Assembly (NCBI GenBank): GCA_000681355.2
Contig: JJNX02000004.1
Location: 757-64,756 of the forward strand
Source of the DNA: Peptococcaceae bacterium SCADC1_2_3
Lineage (GTDB): Bacteria; Bacillota; Desulfotomaculia; Desulfotomaculales; Nap2-2B
Length of the DNA: 64,000 nt
Reading direction: 5' to 3'
Shown here: piece after piece, positions 1-9,399 of the stretch
Position numbering within the stretch: position 1 is the first letter of the stretch
Layout of the letters: every line of letters starts with the position of its first letter
Made by a program: the position numbers and the translations under genes
Notes under the pieces: generated by a model
What the model saw: only the letters and a program-made list of their open reading frames with translations
Databases searched by the model: none
What the model was told of the DNA's origin: nothing

Positions 1-153
1 TCCTGTTTCGGATTTCTAAGTTCATTTCTTTAAAAGGGTCATCCTTCTCCGGAAAAATACTGCGGCTTTATAATTTATTGTTACCCTATTTTGTACCCAA
101 ATTTACGTAATAGGGCTACCCGGTCGTTTATTTCTTTTTCTGATTCTATTCCT

Positions 154-1803
154 TTAATAGTAATGTGGTTTTTGGCTAAGCATCGTAATTTTATACCAGT
201 ATTCCCACTCTTCCCTTGGGGTGGTAATAATAAGTTTATGGAGTTTCCATATGGATGTACTGTATATTTTTTCTGTTGTCTCATAGATAAAGTATTTTTT
301 TCCCTTAAGAGTATCAGGAAGTTCCAAGAGAGAACCTTTAAATAAAAGGTAGTAGCCTTTCTTACCGGCACTAAACTCTGCTTCTACGTAGTAACAGTCT
401 TGAGAACAGACTAGCCCTAAATGGTAAACGCCGGCTTTTAACACTTTATCCTTTGTTTTTTCTTCTATGGTTTTAATTTTAGCCCCGGGGTCTATAAATT
501 TGCTGTCCAAAAGCACCTTAGCCAGGTCAGTTAAACCAAAGCCGGCGGAGTCTAAGTACCGGATTTTGTCTTGGGGATTAATGGTCCAAGCCTTATCTTT
601 ACTATAAAGGTACAGTATATTTTCGCCTACCGCATAGTTAACAATATTGGTTACCGGAATCACCTTTAATATTTTCCCGTTAGAAACTTTAAATACCTTA
701 TTTTTGGCTATTAAATATAGGCTTTTGTTAAAAGGAACCGCGGCCACAGCTTCTTGCAGGATAAAAGGATAGGATTTAGGCGGCAAACTAACTATTTTCT
801 TTTTCTCATTGGGAACATAACTGGAAGTCAAAGCGGAGGTAAAAGAAGTAAGCATACCGGTTTTTTCCCCGTTTTCTAAGATGTTTTCCAGATAATAGGT
901 AACAATACCGGTGTTATCCCTAACGTAAGTTCCCAGGAAGCGGCGGGGATAATCAAAGGTGCTTACTACCTTATCGTTGGCGTAAACAGAAAGGGTTTCT
1001 CCGTTTTCAATTATGCTCAGGTCAAGGCCTTTATCGTTGACCAGCTTTTGTCGGCTGGTAATATTTGCATATTCGCCCGGGGCCGCTTCTTTTTTGGTAT
1101 ACTGTTTGGTTTTAAAGTTATAGTTGTACCGGTAGGTCTTATAACAATATCCACTATAACCATAATGGTTGCCGTTTAGTATAAGCTCAAGCGGGTCTTC
1201 TTCATGCCGGACAAAGGTAAAATTATCCCCGTTAATAGCCAGGCAGTCTGCAAAGTCGGGATAGGTAAACCAGGATTCCTTCTTTTTTTTGTCCAATAAT
1301 GCCTTTTCTTCCTCGGAAAAGATAGTTTCAAAAGGGGTTTGCCCTTCTCCGGTAGACAGATCAAGCAGGTGCAAAACATTTTGCTCATTGTCCCGCAAAA
1401 CCACGTAATCTTTGGAAGCCCGGACAACCCCGGGATTTTTAAAGTTCAAGGTTAATTTTTTTATACCGGTGAAAGAAGGTAAAGAATAGACGGCCATTTG
1501 GTCTTTTTGGGTAGCTACCAGAATATTTTGTTCGGCCCAGACCGGCAGGACGCTTCCTCCGCCATAGGAGTTATTTCTCCAGTATCCTTTTAGCCGGTTA
1601 TTTTTAATGAGCAGGCAATGGCCGGCAGAGCCAAGGTGTGGTTCGCCAAAAGATTCTAAAAGAGAAATTAAACTATAGCCGCCAGGAAGTTTAACGGCTG
1701 AAAAAAAGGGTAAGGAATCATTCTTAAATTCCTTTAAACTGGCCAGAAAAACCATCTTTTTTGCCTGGGGGTCAAAAAGATAAAGCTTTGCTGAATTGCG
1801 CAC
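154..1803 (-). CDS. hypothetical protein; likely the C-terminal bulk of a split lipoprotein gene
   Basis: 549-aa ORF with no recognisable motif. It is in the same frame as ORF 1993..2316, and ORF 1734..2087 bridges the two in another frame. Confidence 0.55.
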   Translation of the reverse strand: MRNSAKLYLFDPQAKKMVFLASLKEFKNDSLPFFSAVKLPGGYSLISLLESFGEPHLGSAGHCLLIKNNRLKGYWRNNSYGGGSVLPVWAEQNILVATQKDQMAVYSLPSFTGIKKLTLNFKNPGVVRASKDYVVLRDNEQNVLHLLDLSTGEGQTPFETIFSEEEKALLDKKKKESWFTYPDFADCLAINGDNFTFVRHEEDPLELILNGNHYGYSGYCYKTYRYNYNFKTKQYTKKEAAPGEYANITSRQKLVNDKGLDLSIIENGETLSVYANDKVVSTFDYPRRFLGTYVRDNTGIVTYYLENILENGEKTGMLTSFTSALTSSYVPNEKKKIVSLPPKSYPFILQEAVAAVPFNKSLYLIAKNKVFKVSNGKILKVIPVTNIVNYAVGENILYLYSKDKAWTINPQDKIRYLDSAGFGLTDLAKVLLDSKFIDPGAKIKTIEEKTKDKVLKAGVYHLGLVCSQDCYYVEAEFSAGKKGYYLLFKGSLLELPDTLKGKKYFIYETTEKIYSTSIWKLHKLIITTPREEWEYWYKITMLSQKPHYY

Positions 1804-1992
1804 CAGGAAATATACCTTTTCCCCGTCCGAAACAGAAAAAAACCTTTCTCCCAGGGACTGGTTGCCAAGCCGGGGGTGATTCCTGCGGGGTAAGGAAGGT
1901 AAGTTTTTCTCCCTAGCTTATCTTTAAAGGTGATGTTTTGCGGGACAAAGAAAACCAGCCCCTCTTTCACATATTCCATATGAATGAGAGAT

Positions 1993-2316
1993 TTATTTTT
2001 CAGGTAAGGAGCGGCAATAATTTTTGCATAATTTATTATTACCATGCCTTTCGCTTCGCTCAAGGCACAAAACCTTAATGAAAGCATTTCTTTCAGACTT
2101 TTCTCCTTTGGTTATTGCTTTTATTGGTTCATTACCGGAAATGTCTTTGTATTGAGGTACAATAACAATTGTTTCTTTTTGCCCGTTACTTTCGTAAAAA
2201 TACCGCTTTATGTTTTGCGGAACACCTAAATTGTTATGAATACTTAAGTAAGGTAACTCATTTGCTGCCCTAGCCTGGTATGGGCAACTGGCAAGACTCA
2301 AGAAAAGGACGGCCAA
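1993..2316 (-). CDS. N-terminal fragment with a lipoprotein signal peptide
   Basis: Translation (KRKIFIFF)LAVLFLSLASC has a hydrophobic core followed by the lipobox L-A-S-C. The ORF ends at an in-frame stop upstream of ORF 154..1803. Confidence 0.4.
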   Translation of the reverse strand: MAVLFLSLASCPYQARAANELPYLSIHNNLGVPQNIKRYFYESNGQKETIVIVPQYKDISGNEPIKAITKGEKSERNAFIKVLCLERSERHGNNKLCKNYCRSLPEK

Positions 2317-2432
2317 AAAAAAGATGAATATTTTTCGCTTTATTCTTAATTCCCCCCAATCTTCATTCGATGCTTCCGAAACTAAAATCCGCAGCAGTTA
2401 CTTTATTTCCCTAATATTAAGACGTAATAATC

Positions 2433-2669
2433 GTAACTATTCAGGTAGGCACAGAGATTCAAAGGCACAAGGTTATTTTGCCTATTTGCTGCTTAACTTT
2501 CTGATTAAACTGCTAAGCATTCGTTCTATTCAGGTGGATAGCCTGTAGGCAGTTAGGCTGTAGGAGGAAATTATGCGCGACTAACAGCCTATAGCCTATA
2601 GCCTAAACAACCTGTTTTTATTTCCCTTTGTGCCTCTGTGCCTTTGCCCCTATGAACCTGAGTAGTTAC
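2433..2669 (-). mobile_element. MITE-like element, copy A (inverted orientation, variant internal cargo, no TSD)
   Basis: The ends GTAACTATTCAGGTAGGCACAGAG and CCTTTGCCCCTATGAACCTGAGTAGTTAC match the termini of the copies at 6105, 33647 and 43660. Confidence 0.75.
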
Positions 2670-2703
2670 AATTTTTAACTGATTAGCTGACCGTCGAAAA
2701 CAG

Positions 2704-3495
2704 CTAGCTTTGCTTAAAATAGAGGTGGGCCTTTTCTACAACCTTAGTTATTTCTTTTTCCGGCTCCACTGAATTTAACGCTTCAGAATTAAACCATACC
2801 AGGTACTCAATATTTCCTGCCGGTCCGGTAAGGGGTGAAAAATCCAATCCTTTTACCCCCCAGCCTAACTCGTTAATCGTGCGGCATATATTGGTAATAA
2901 CCTCCTGATGAACCAAAGGGTCCTTTACCACCCCCTTTTTGCCTACCTTATGGCGGCCGGCCTCAAACTGGGGTTTAATTAAGGCTACTCCTTGGGCCAA
3001 AGGGGAAAGAAATTTTTCTAAAACAGGCAGAACTTTGGTTAAGGAAATAAAAGAAACATCAATGGTTACAAAATCAACAGGTCCGTTAATTTTTTCGGGC
3101 GTTAAATAACGAATATTTGTTCTTTCCAGGACCACTACCCGGGGGTCAACCCGCAGCTTCCAGGCTAACTGGCCGTAACCAACATCAACCGCAAAAACCA
3201 GTTTAGCCCCGTGTTGCAAGGCACAATCAGTAAAACCGCCGGTTGAAGCACCAACATCCATAATGACCTTATTTTGCAAATCCAGTTTAAAATTGCGGAT
3301 AGCCGAGGCTAATTTTAGACCGCCTCTACTAACGTAAGAAGGCGGACAAACAACCTCCAAACAGGCGCTAACACCCAACTTGTAACCAGACTTACAAATT
3401 TTTTGCCCGTTTACTTTTACCTGTCCCGCCATTATGGCCGCCCGGGCAGCTTGGCGGCTGACAAAGTATCCTTTCTCGACTAGTATTTGGTCCAA
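2704..3495 (-). CDS. tlyA: TlyA-family rRNA 2'-O-methyltransferase (S4 domain plus FtsJ-like domain)
   Basis: 263 aa containing VSRGGLKL and DVGASTGGFTD (SAM motif). Lies downstream of dxs, as in other Firmicutes. Confidence 0.9.
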   Translation of the reverse strand: MDQILVEKGYFVSRQAARAAIMAGQVKVNGQKICKSGYKLGVSACLEVVCPPSYVSRGGLKLASAIRNFKLDLQNKVIMDVGASTGGFTDCALQHGAKLVFAVDVGYGQLAWKLRVDPRVVVLERTNIRYLTPEKINGPVDFVTIDVSFISLTKVLPVLEKFLSPLAQGVALIKPQFEAGRHKVGKKGVVKDPLVHQEVITNICRTINELGWGVKGLDFSPLTGPAGNIEYLVWFNSEALNSVEPEKEITKVVEKAHLYFKQS

Positions 3496-3517
3496 CCTTT
3501 GTTTAGTCTCTATCTTC

Positions 3518-5437
3518 TTAGAACCTGCCCTGTGAATAACTTGGTGAGGCTTTAAGTTGCCCGCTATAGTTTAAAAGGGACCTTGCCGTAACCACCACCT
3601 GGTCAGCGGTTAAGCCGCAAAAAGAAAGCAACGTCTCTCTGTTTCCGTGCGGGATAAATTGCACCGGAAGACCAAGACATTTAACGGAAATATTAAATAA
3701 ATTTTTAATCGTTAAAAGTTCCAAAACGGCGGCTCCAAAACCACCGGCTAAAATATTTTCTTCAATGGTAATTATTTTTTTTGTTTTTAAGGCGTAAGCA
3801 AGAATAGTTTCCTCGTCCAAAGGTTTAATAAAACGGGCGTTAATTACCGCGGCTTCAATCCCCAACTTGGCCAGATTATTAGCTGCCTCGGTTGCTACTA
3901 ACACCATGCTTCCTGCCGCGAGTAAGGTAAGATCATCCCCCTCGCGTAAAACCTTTGCTTTCCCGATCGTCAAATTTACCGGCTTTCCAAGCATAGGTTT
4001 ACCTTGCCCCGGTCCGCGCGGGTAACGCAAGGCGGCCGGACCCGGATATTCAAGCGCGGTTTTTAGCATGTGGCGGAGTTCATCCTCGTCAGCCGGGGCC
4101 ATCACAATCATATTGGGCATGGACCGTAAATAGGTATAGTCAAAAATCCCGTGATGGGTTGCCCCATCTTCCCCTACCAGACCACCCCGGTCAACGGCAA
4201 AAGTAACCGGTAATTTTTGCGAACAAACATCAATCAATATTTGGTCATAAGCCCGCTGCAGAAAAGTAGAATAAATTGCCACCACCGGCTTTAAACCTCC
4301 GGTAGCTAAGCCGGCGCTAAGGGTAACGGCATGTTGTTCAGCAATACCCACGTCAAAAAGACGCCCGGGAAAAGCTTGCGCAAAATAATTTAAGCCGGTC
4401 CCAGAAGCCATAGCCGCGGTAACGGCCACAATTTCTTTTTTTTCCTGGGCTAAGTCAACCAGGGTACGTCCAAAAACTTCGGTGTATGAAACAGGATTAT
4501 TCTTGCGGTCAGGCTTTTTACCGGTCAGTTCAAGTGGACCTACGCCGTGAAATTTATCGGCATTAGTTTCGGCCGGCAAATAACCTTTTCCTTTCCGGGT
4601 TATCAAATGAATTAAAACCGGTTTTTTAATTGTTTGGATTTTTTGAAAAAGAGAAATTAATTCTTCTAAATTATGGCCATCTATAGGTCCGAAATAAGTA
4701 AAACCAAGTTCTTCAAAAAACTTTCCCGGCACCATTAAGTGTTTTATGGATTCTTTAAGCCGTTCCCCGATCTTAACCATTTTTGGACCTATGGCCGGTA
4801 ACTTGCGTAATATTTGTTCAATTTCTTCCTTACGGCGCAAGTATTTAGGGTCGGCCCGCAGGCGGCTTAAGTAACCAGACAGGGCTCCTACGTTAGGAGC
4901 AATAGACATCTCGTTATCATTTAAAATTATAATTAAACGCGTCTGTAAGTGCCCGGCGTGATTTAGGGCTTCAAAGGCCATTCCTCCCGTTAATGCTCCA
5001 TCGCCAATTACCGCAATTACGTGGAATGTTTCTTGATTTAAGTCCCGCGCTAAAGCCAGACCTAAAGCGGCGGAAATGGAGGTACTGCTGTGCCCCGTAG
5101 CAAAAATATCATAAAGACTTTCCTCGGGAGAAGGAAAACCATTCAGCCCCCCAAATTTTCGTAAAGTATGAAATTTAGTTCTTCTCCCGGTTAAGAGCTT
5201 ATGGGTGTAACATTGGTGCCCCACATCCCAAACAATTTTGTCCGCGGGAGTGTTAAAAACATAATGCAAAGCCAGGGTAAGCTCCGCTACCCCTAAGTTA
5301 GAAGCCAGGTGGCCTCCGTTTTGAGCCACCGTATCAATTATTTCCTGCCTGATTTCCTGGACTAATTGCTGTAGTTGAATTAAATTAAGCCTTTTAATGT
5401 CTTCAGGAGAATTAATTAACGGTAAAAGTTTATCCAC
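3518..5437 (-). CDS. dxs: 1-deoxy-D-xylulose-5-phosphate synthase
   Basis: 639 aa with GHSSTSISAALG and GDGALTGGMAFEALN (TPP-binding), plus transketolase-like C-terminal domains. Confidence 0.95.
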   Translation of the reverse strand: MDKLLPLINSPEDIKRLNLIQLQQLVQEIRQEIIDTVAQNGGHLASNLGVAELTLALHYVFNTPADKIVWDVGHQCYTHKLLTGRRTKFHTLRKFGGLNGFPSPEESLYDIFATGHSSTSISAALGLALARDLNQETFHVIAVIGDGALTGGMAFEALNHAGHLQTRLIIILNDNEMSIAPNVGALSGYLSRLRADPKYLRRKEEIEQILRKLPAIGPKMVKIGERLKESIKHLMVPGKFFEELGFTYFGPIDGHNLEELISLFQKIQTIKKPVLIHLITRKGKGYLPAETNADKFHGVGPLELTGKKPDRKNNPVSYTEVFGRTLVDLAQEKKEIVAVTAAMASGTGLNYFAQAFPGRLFDVGIAEQHAVTLSAGLATGGLKPVVAIYSTFLQRAYDQILIDVCSQKLPVTFAVDRGGLVGEDGATHHGIFDYTYLRSMPNMIVMAPADEDELRHMLKTALEYPGPAALRYPRGPGQGKPMLGKPVNLTIGKAKVLREGDDLTLLAAGSMVLVATEAANNLAKLGIEAAVINARFIKPLDEETILAYALKTKKIITIEENILAGGFGAAVLELLTIKNLFNISVKCLGLPVQFIPHGNRETLLSFCGLTADQVVVTARSLLNYSGQLKASPSYSQGRF

Positions 5438-5478
5438 CGGGCAGTTTAACCAACCTTTTTAAATTTAAAATCTTCAAG

Positions 5479-6027
5479 TTAGCGGCGTAACTTTTTTACG
5501 GCCGCCAGAAATACTCCGGCCATAAACACAATATCATTTGGCCGGCTTAAGGCTATTTTTTTCCCCGCGGCCTTCCCGCTTACGATTAACGCGGCAATCA
5601 GGCCGGTCATAAGAACACTTGACCAAATCTCGCCAATTTTGGGCCAGGAAAAAAGAAGCTGTAAAGCAACAGTAATACCTAGCGCCCCGCTCAATGTGCC
5701 GGCAATATCGCCAATCACATCATTACATATATTAGCCACTCTATCAGCGTTACGGATAAAAAACATTCCTTCCACTGCTCCGGCCACTTTATTGGCGGCT
5801 TTGGCGTGAAAAGGAGCTTCGGTAGCGGCAGTTACGGCTGTACCTAAAATATCACTTAAAATATTGATCAGAATAAAAAAAACTAAAAAAATAAAAGATA
5901 AAAAAACACCTTTAGAAACCTCGGCTAATGCCTGGGTTAACCAAAACATGACTATAGCTATTAAAAATGAGACCAAGCCTATAAGTATAATATAGCGGTT
6001 AGAAACACTGGACTTACTGCTCCGCAA
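5479..6027 (-). CDS. oapA: small polytopic membrane protein, OLE-associated protein A-like
   Basis: 182 aa with about four TM segments. It lies immediately downstream of the large structured RNA and upstream of dxs, which is the position described for oapA. Confidence 0.6.
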   Translation of the reverse strand: MRSSKSSVSNRYIILIGLVSFLIAIVMFWLTQALAEVSKGVFLSFIFLVFFILINILSDILGTAVTAATEAPFHAKAANKVAGAVEGMFFIRNADRVANICNDVIGDIAGTLSGALGITVALQLLFSWPKIGEIWSSVLMTGLIAALIVSGKAAGKKIALSRPNDIVFMAGVFLAAVKKLRR

Positions 6028-6104
6028 AAATAATATACCTCATATACCATTAATTAAAGTTTTTGATAGTTTTTAAATATATATACTATATATACAAAAA
6101 CATG

Positions 6105-6295
6105 GTAACTACTCAGATTCATAGGGGCAAAGGCACAGAGGCACAAAGTTTTTTTGCCAGACTTGCAGATCTCTAGTAGTAGGTAGTTGACAGTTTTTAG
6201 TTTACAGAAAAGGAAGTACCAATGTTGAGACTAAAAACTAAAAACTATCCACGAAAAACTATCAATTGGACCTCTGTGTCTACCTGAATAGTTAC
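6105..6295 (+). mobile_element. MITE-like element, copy B (long form)
   Basis: 191 bp with terminal inverted repeats GTAACTACTCAG and CTGAATAGTTAC. Flanking 8-mers are AAAACATG and AAAATATG (7 of 8 identical). By eye it is near-identical to copy D at 43660. Confidence 0.8.
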
Positions 6296-6307
6296 AAAAT
6301 ATGTTAT

Positions 6308-6930
6308 AAAAAACAGGCAAGTGATAACAACGCAGGTAAATATTATGGCTTAGGTCCAGCAGGTTTTCCCAAACAATCACTGGCTGTCGCCATCCCAGCG
6401 GTTTCCCTTTAAGATTGTTTCCATACGTTGCCGCACCTGGGACTGGATTACCACTTAGTCCATACTGTAATTCCTGCATTGTCCTGGCTTCCCAGACAGC
6501 CTAGGAGTTTTCCTCAACGAAGTGTACCTTCTTCTAGCCTCTTTTGCAATAACGGTTTCAGTCTGACCGACTTTTTGCTTATAGGCCTATAACTAAAAGT
6601 CAGCCTTTTTAAAACTCATCCACCGTTACCACTCAAGGCGGGCTACACTGCACGCAGCTTGCTACCACATGCAGGTTCACACCCCAAGCCATAGACTCAC
6701 TACCCAAAAGAGATAGCTGCTCCACAAACTTAGGTCTCCGCGAAGGCAGGGTCAACGCCTGCATGCCCTTGCAGCTCGCCCTACCTTCTTAACCCCCAGT
6801 ACCAACCCCCAACTGGGCGTCGGCAGCCAGCACCAGGGACTTCATCGATGTGCCTTTAACGGATTTTTAGCCCCGCCTTCGAAAAAGACATTCCGACTAG
6901 GATACTGCATCACTTGCCTTGTTTGAATTA
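6308..6930 (-). ncRNA. ole: large structured ncRNA, most likely OLE RNA (about 620 nt)
   Basis: About 620 nt with no credible ORF between ispA and oapA. The 5' segment AAACAAGGCAAGTGATGCAG pairs with the 3' segment CTGCGTTGTTATCACTTGCCTGTTT, followed by a U-tract. Size and ispA/oapA/dxs synteny match published OLE loci. End coordinates are approximate. Confidence 0.7.
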
Positions 6931-6954
6931 ACCTTTTTAATGATGTTCACAATA

Positions 6955-6982
6955 ATTATATCATAAAAAAAGAAATCTTCAA
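6955..6982 (-). promoter_or_regulatory. sigmaA-type promoter upstream of the structured RNA
   Basis: On the minus strand: TTGAAG, 16-nt spacer, TATAAT. It lies about 30 nt upstream of the closing helix. Confidence 0.4.
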
Positions 6983-7059
6983 CATTAGTACAAAAAAAGC
7001 TAAAACACTTTATAGGTTAATAAGTATGCTCAGGATATTAAATGGATTAATATTTTTGT

Positions 7060-7947
7060 TTAGCTCTTATTAACTATAAATTTTGTCAGTTCCCTTAAGA
7101 AATCTGCTTCTTCCTTAAAAGGAGTCAGGGCTTGCAACGCGGCTTCTGCCGCCCGGCCGGCCTTTTCTCTTGCTTTGGTTAAACCAAAAAAAGAAACATA
7201 GGTATTTTTTTTATTTTTTAAATCACCCCCGGCCGGCCTGCCTAATTGAACCATATCTCCGGTTACATCTAAAATGTCATTTTGAATTTGAAAAGCCAGG
7301 CCTAAATTTTCAGCGTATTGGGTTAAAGCATTCAAGGAATAATCATCTGCTCCGGCTAAAACAGCTCCGGCCCTCACTGCTGTTTTAAATAAAGCCCCTG
7401 TTTTATGCCGGTGAATATATTCTAAAGTAGTAGCATCTACCGGAGCATTGGTGGTCAAAATATCTACCATCTGCCCTCCGATTAAGCCTTTCGTCCCGGC
7501 TGCGGCACTTACTTCCACAATTACCCGAACTACCTTATTTAACGGGGCTAAAGACAGGGTGGCATTACGGGCTAAAAGAGCAAAGGCCAGGGTTAGTAAA
7601 GCGTCACCAACCAGTATCGCCACTGCTTCCCCATAAATTTTATGACAGGTAGGCTTTCCCCGCCGAAAATCATCATTATCAATAGCCGGTAAATCGTCAT
7701 GAACTAATGAGTAAGTATGGATTAATTCAAGGGCACACGCGGCAGGCAGTACCATTTTAGGAGTGCCGCCAACTACTTCGGCTGCTTCTATAACCAAAAC
7801 AGGGCGTAAGCGTTTCCCTCCGGCAAATACAGCTTCGCGTATTGCCTGGTGAATTACCGGCGGATAAACATCTGCGGCGGGTAAAAATTCGTTTAAAGCT
7901 TCATTTACTAAAGCAACTTTTTGTTTTAGTTCGGCGTAAAAGTCCAA
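7060..7947 (-). CDS. ispA: farnesyl/geranyl diphosphate synthase (polyprenyl synthetase)
   Basis: 295 aa with aspartate-rich motifs LVHDDLPAIDNDDFRRG and IQNDILD. Confidence 0.93.
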   Translation of the reverse strand: MDFYAELKQKVALVNEALNEFLPAADVYPPVIHQAIREAVFAGGKRLRPVLVIEAAEVVGGTPKMVLPAACALELIHTYSLVHDDLPAIDNDDFRRGKPTCHKIYGEAVAILVGDALLTLAFALLARNATLSLAPLNKVVRVIVEVSAAAGTKGLIGGQMVDILTTNAPVDATTLEYIHRHKTGALFKTAVRAGAVLAGADDYSLNALTQYAENLGLAFQIQNDILDVTGDMVQLGRPAGGDLKNKKNTYVSFFGLTKAREKAGRAAEAALQALTPFKEEADFLRELTKFIVNKS

Positions 7948-8041
7948 TTGTTAAGCTCCTTTAAATTAAACATAAACACTTAATCCTCAACAGCCAGTTG
8001 ATAACTGATTGCTGCTAACGGCCAATTACTAAATTAAATAG

Positions 8042-8281
8042 TTAACTATTCACTTTAAAATTTAAGGCGGCTTCCTTTAAAACCATACCTTTATTTTCAT
8101 CCGTCATTAATTCTAAAATTCTTGTTTCTGCTTTTTCAAGCTGCTGATAGCAGAATTTTGACAACCGCATTCCCTCTTCAAACAAAGCCAGGGCCTTCTC
8201 TAAAGGCAACTGTCCATCTTCCAACTCTTTTACCGCCGTTTCTAACCGATTTAGAGCTTCCTCAAAACTAATATTTCCCAT
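8042..8281 (-). CDS. xseB: exodeoxyribonuclease VII small subunit
   Basis: 79 aa with the FEEALNRLETAVKELEDGQLPLEKALALFEEGMRL signature, immediately upstream of ispA. Confidence 0.9.
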   Translation of the reverse strand: MGNISFEEALNRLETAVKELEDGQLPLEKALALFEEGMRLSKFCYQQLEKAETRILELMTDENKGMVLKEAALNFKVNS

Positions 8282-8466
8282 TTCATCCTCCGTACCCCTT
8301 AAGTTCCCAATAATTTTATCATTTTTTCACTATCCTGTATACTAAAAACTAAAATATATTCAAAACCCCTTAAATCTTCCAAAGCAAAATACTCAGGCAA
8401 ATTTACTTTGGAAAAAAGGGGTTTTAAAGGGGTTTTATTGTTAGCTTCCTTGCTTACTTAGCTTAC

Positions 8467-8667
8467 TTATTTTGTTTCTATTTCCCCGCTCTTTATCCTG
8501 GTTCCTCTTCTTTCTTCCGTCATCAAAGCGTACGACCCTGCAGTCACCAAAATACCTAAAATAATATCATTCCACATTGCGGTTATATTTTGCGCGTACC
8601 CCAATATAAATGGCGCAATTATTAACCAGATACCAAGTATAATTCCTATCCAGGTATACTTTAGCAA
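8467..8667 (-). CDS. small two-TM membrane protein (SPW-repeat-like)
   Basis: 66 aa containing WIGIILGIWLIIAPFILGY and a second hydrophobic helix. Confidence 0.4.
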   Translation of the reverse strand: MLKYTWIGIILGIWLIIAPFILGYAQNITAMWNDIILGILVTAGSYALMTEERRGTRIKSGEIETK

Positions 8668-8762
8668 AAATTTTACCTCCTTTTTTCTTTAGATTTTTTC
8701 TTTACCTGTAGTTTAACTATTTTTACGTTAAATTATTCCTCAATTACAATACTCAGTCCTTT

Positions 8763-9347
8763 CTACTTTTTTAAAAGACCACATTTAATTATTCTTTTTT
8801 CGGTTACTATAAAATGCATCCTATAATCATGCGGACGGTTACAAATTTCCGGATATACTTGAAGCTCAAAAGCTAAAGCTAAAATTACCGTATCCGGCCT
8901 TGTTTGAGGTAAAAAGCGATCGTAAAATCCACCTCCGTAACCCAAACGGTTACCTTTAAAGTCAAAGGCTATACCCGGCACAACTACCAAATCTAAATCT
9001 TCTGGTTTTAACGGGTGCAACCGGTCAGGGGCGGGTTCAAGGATACCCCACGTTCCCGGGACCAATTCAGCCCATGAGTACTTCAAAAGCGAAGGGATAA
9101 GCCGGCAATTAGTCACATCAGTAAACGGGACAGCCACCCGCTTACCTCGCTTTAACGATTCGCCGATTAGTTCCTTTGTTCCTACTTCGTTTTGAAAATC
9201 TACGTAGGTCATAAGCGTACCCGCGTGACGATACGCGGGCAGGGTAAGTAAATTTGTTAAAACCAGCGTGCTTTTTTCTTCTGCCTCTTTAAGACTTAAA
9301 GATTTGCGCAAGGCTAATACTTTTTTGCGCAGTTCGTTCTTGGCCAT
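8763..9347 (-). CDS. 5-formyltetrahydrofolate cyclo-ligase
   Basis: 194 aa with LVVVPGIAFDFKGNRLGYGGGFYDRFL. Confidence 0.88.
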   Translation of the reverse strand: MAKNELRKKVLALRKSLSLKEAEEKSTLVLTNLLTLPAYRHAGTLMTYVDFQNEVGTKELIGESLKRGKRVAVPFTDVTNCRLIPSLLKYSWAELVPGTWGILEPAPDRLHPLKPEDLDLVVVPGIAFDFKGNRLGYGGGFYDRFLPQTRPDTVILALAFELQVYPEICNRPHDYRMHFIVTEKRIIKCGLLKK

Positions 9348-9399
9348 AAGAATTCCTTTTTTGTAGGTTGCTTCAATTTACTTGTAGCGGTTTTTTTAG

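Noticed and set aside
6250-6262. DnaA-box-like TATCCAC inside the long-form MITEs (also at about 43800)
   Set aside because: It is a single 7-of-9 match carried by a mobile repeat, which is most likely coincidental.
6231-6479. 82-aa ORF on the minus strand between oapA and ispA
   Set aside because: It spans the 3' part of the structured RNA and runs into the MITE. It has no RBS and an implausible composition. It is best explained as a chance ORF inside non-coding RNA.
6308-6930. Alternative identities for the structured region: RNase P RNA, tmRNA, or a full group II intron
   Set aside because: GAGGAAAACTCC only loosely resembles the RNase P GAGGAAAGTCC box, and the length is too great for a type B RNase P RNA. 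There is no tRNA-like GGGG...CCACCA end and no tag ORF for tmRNA. There is no GTGYG 5' end and no domain V. The synteny fits OLE instead.
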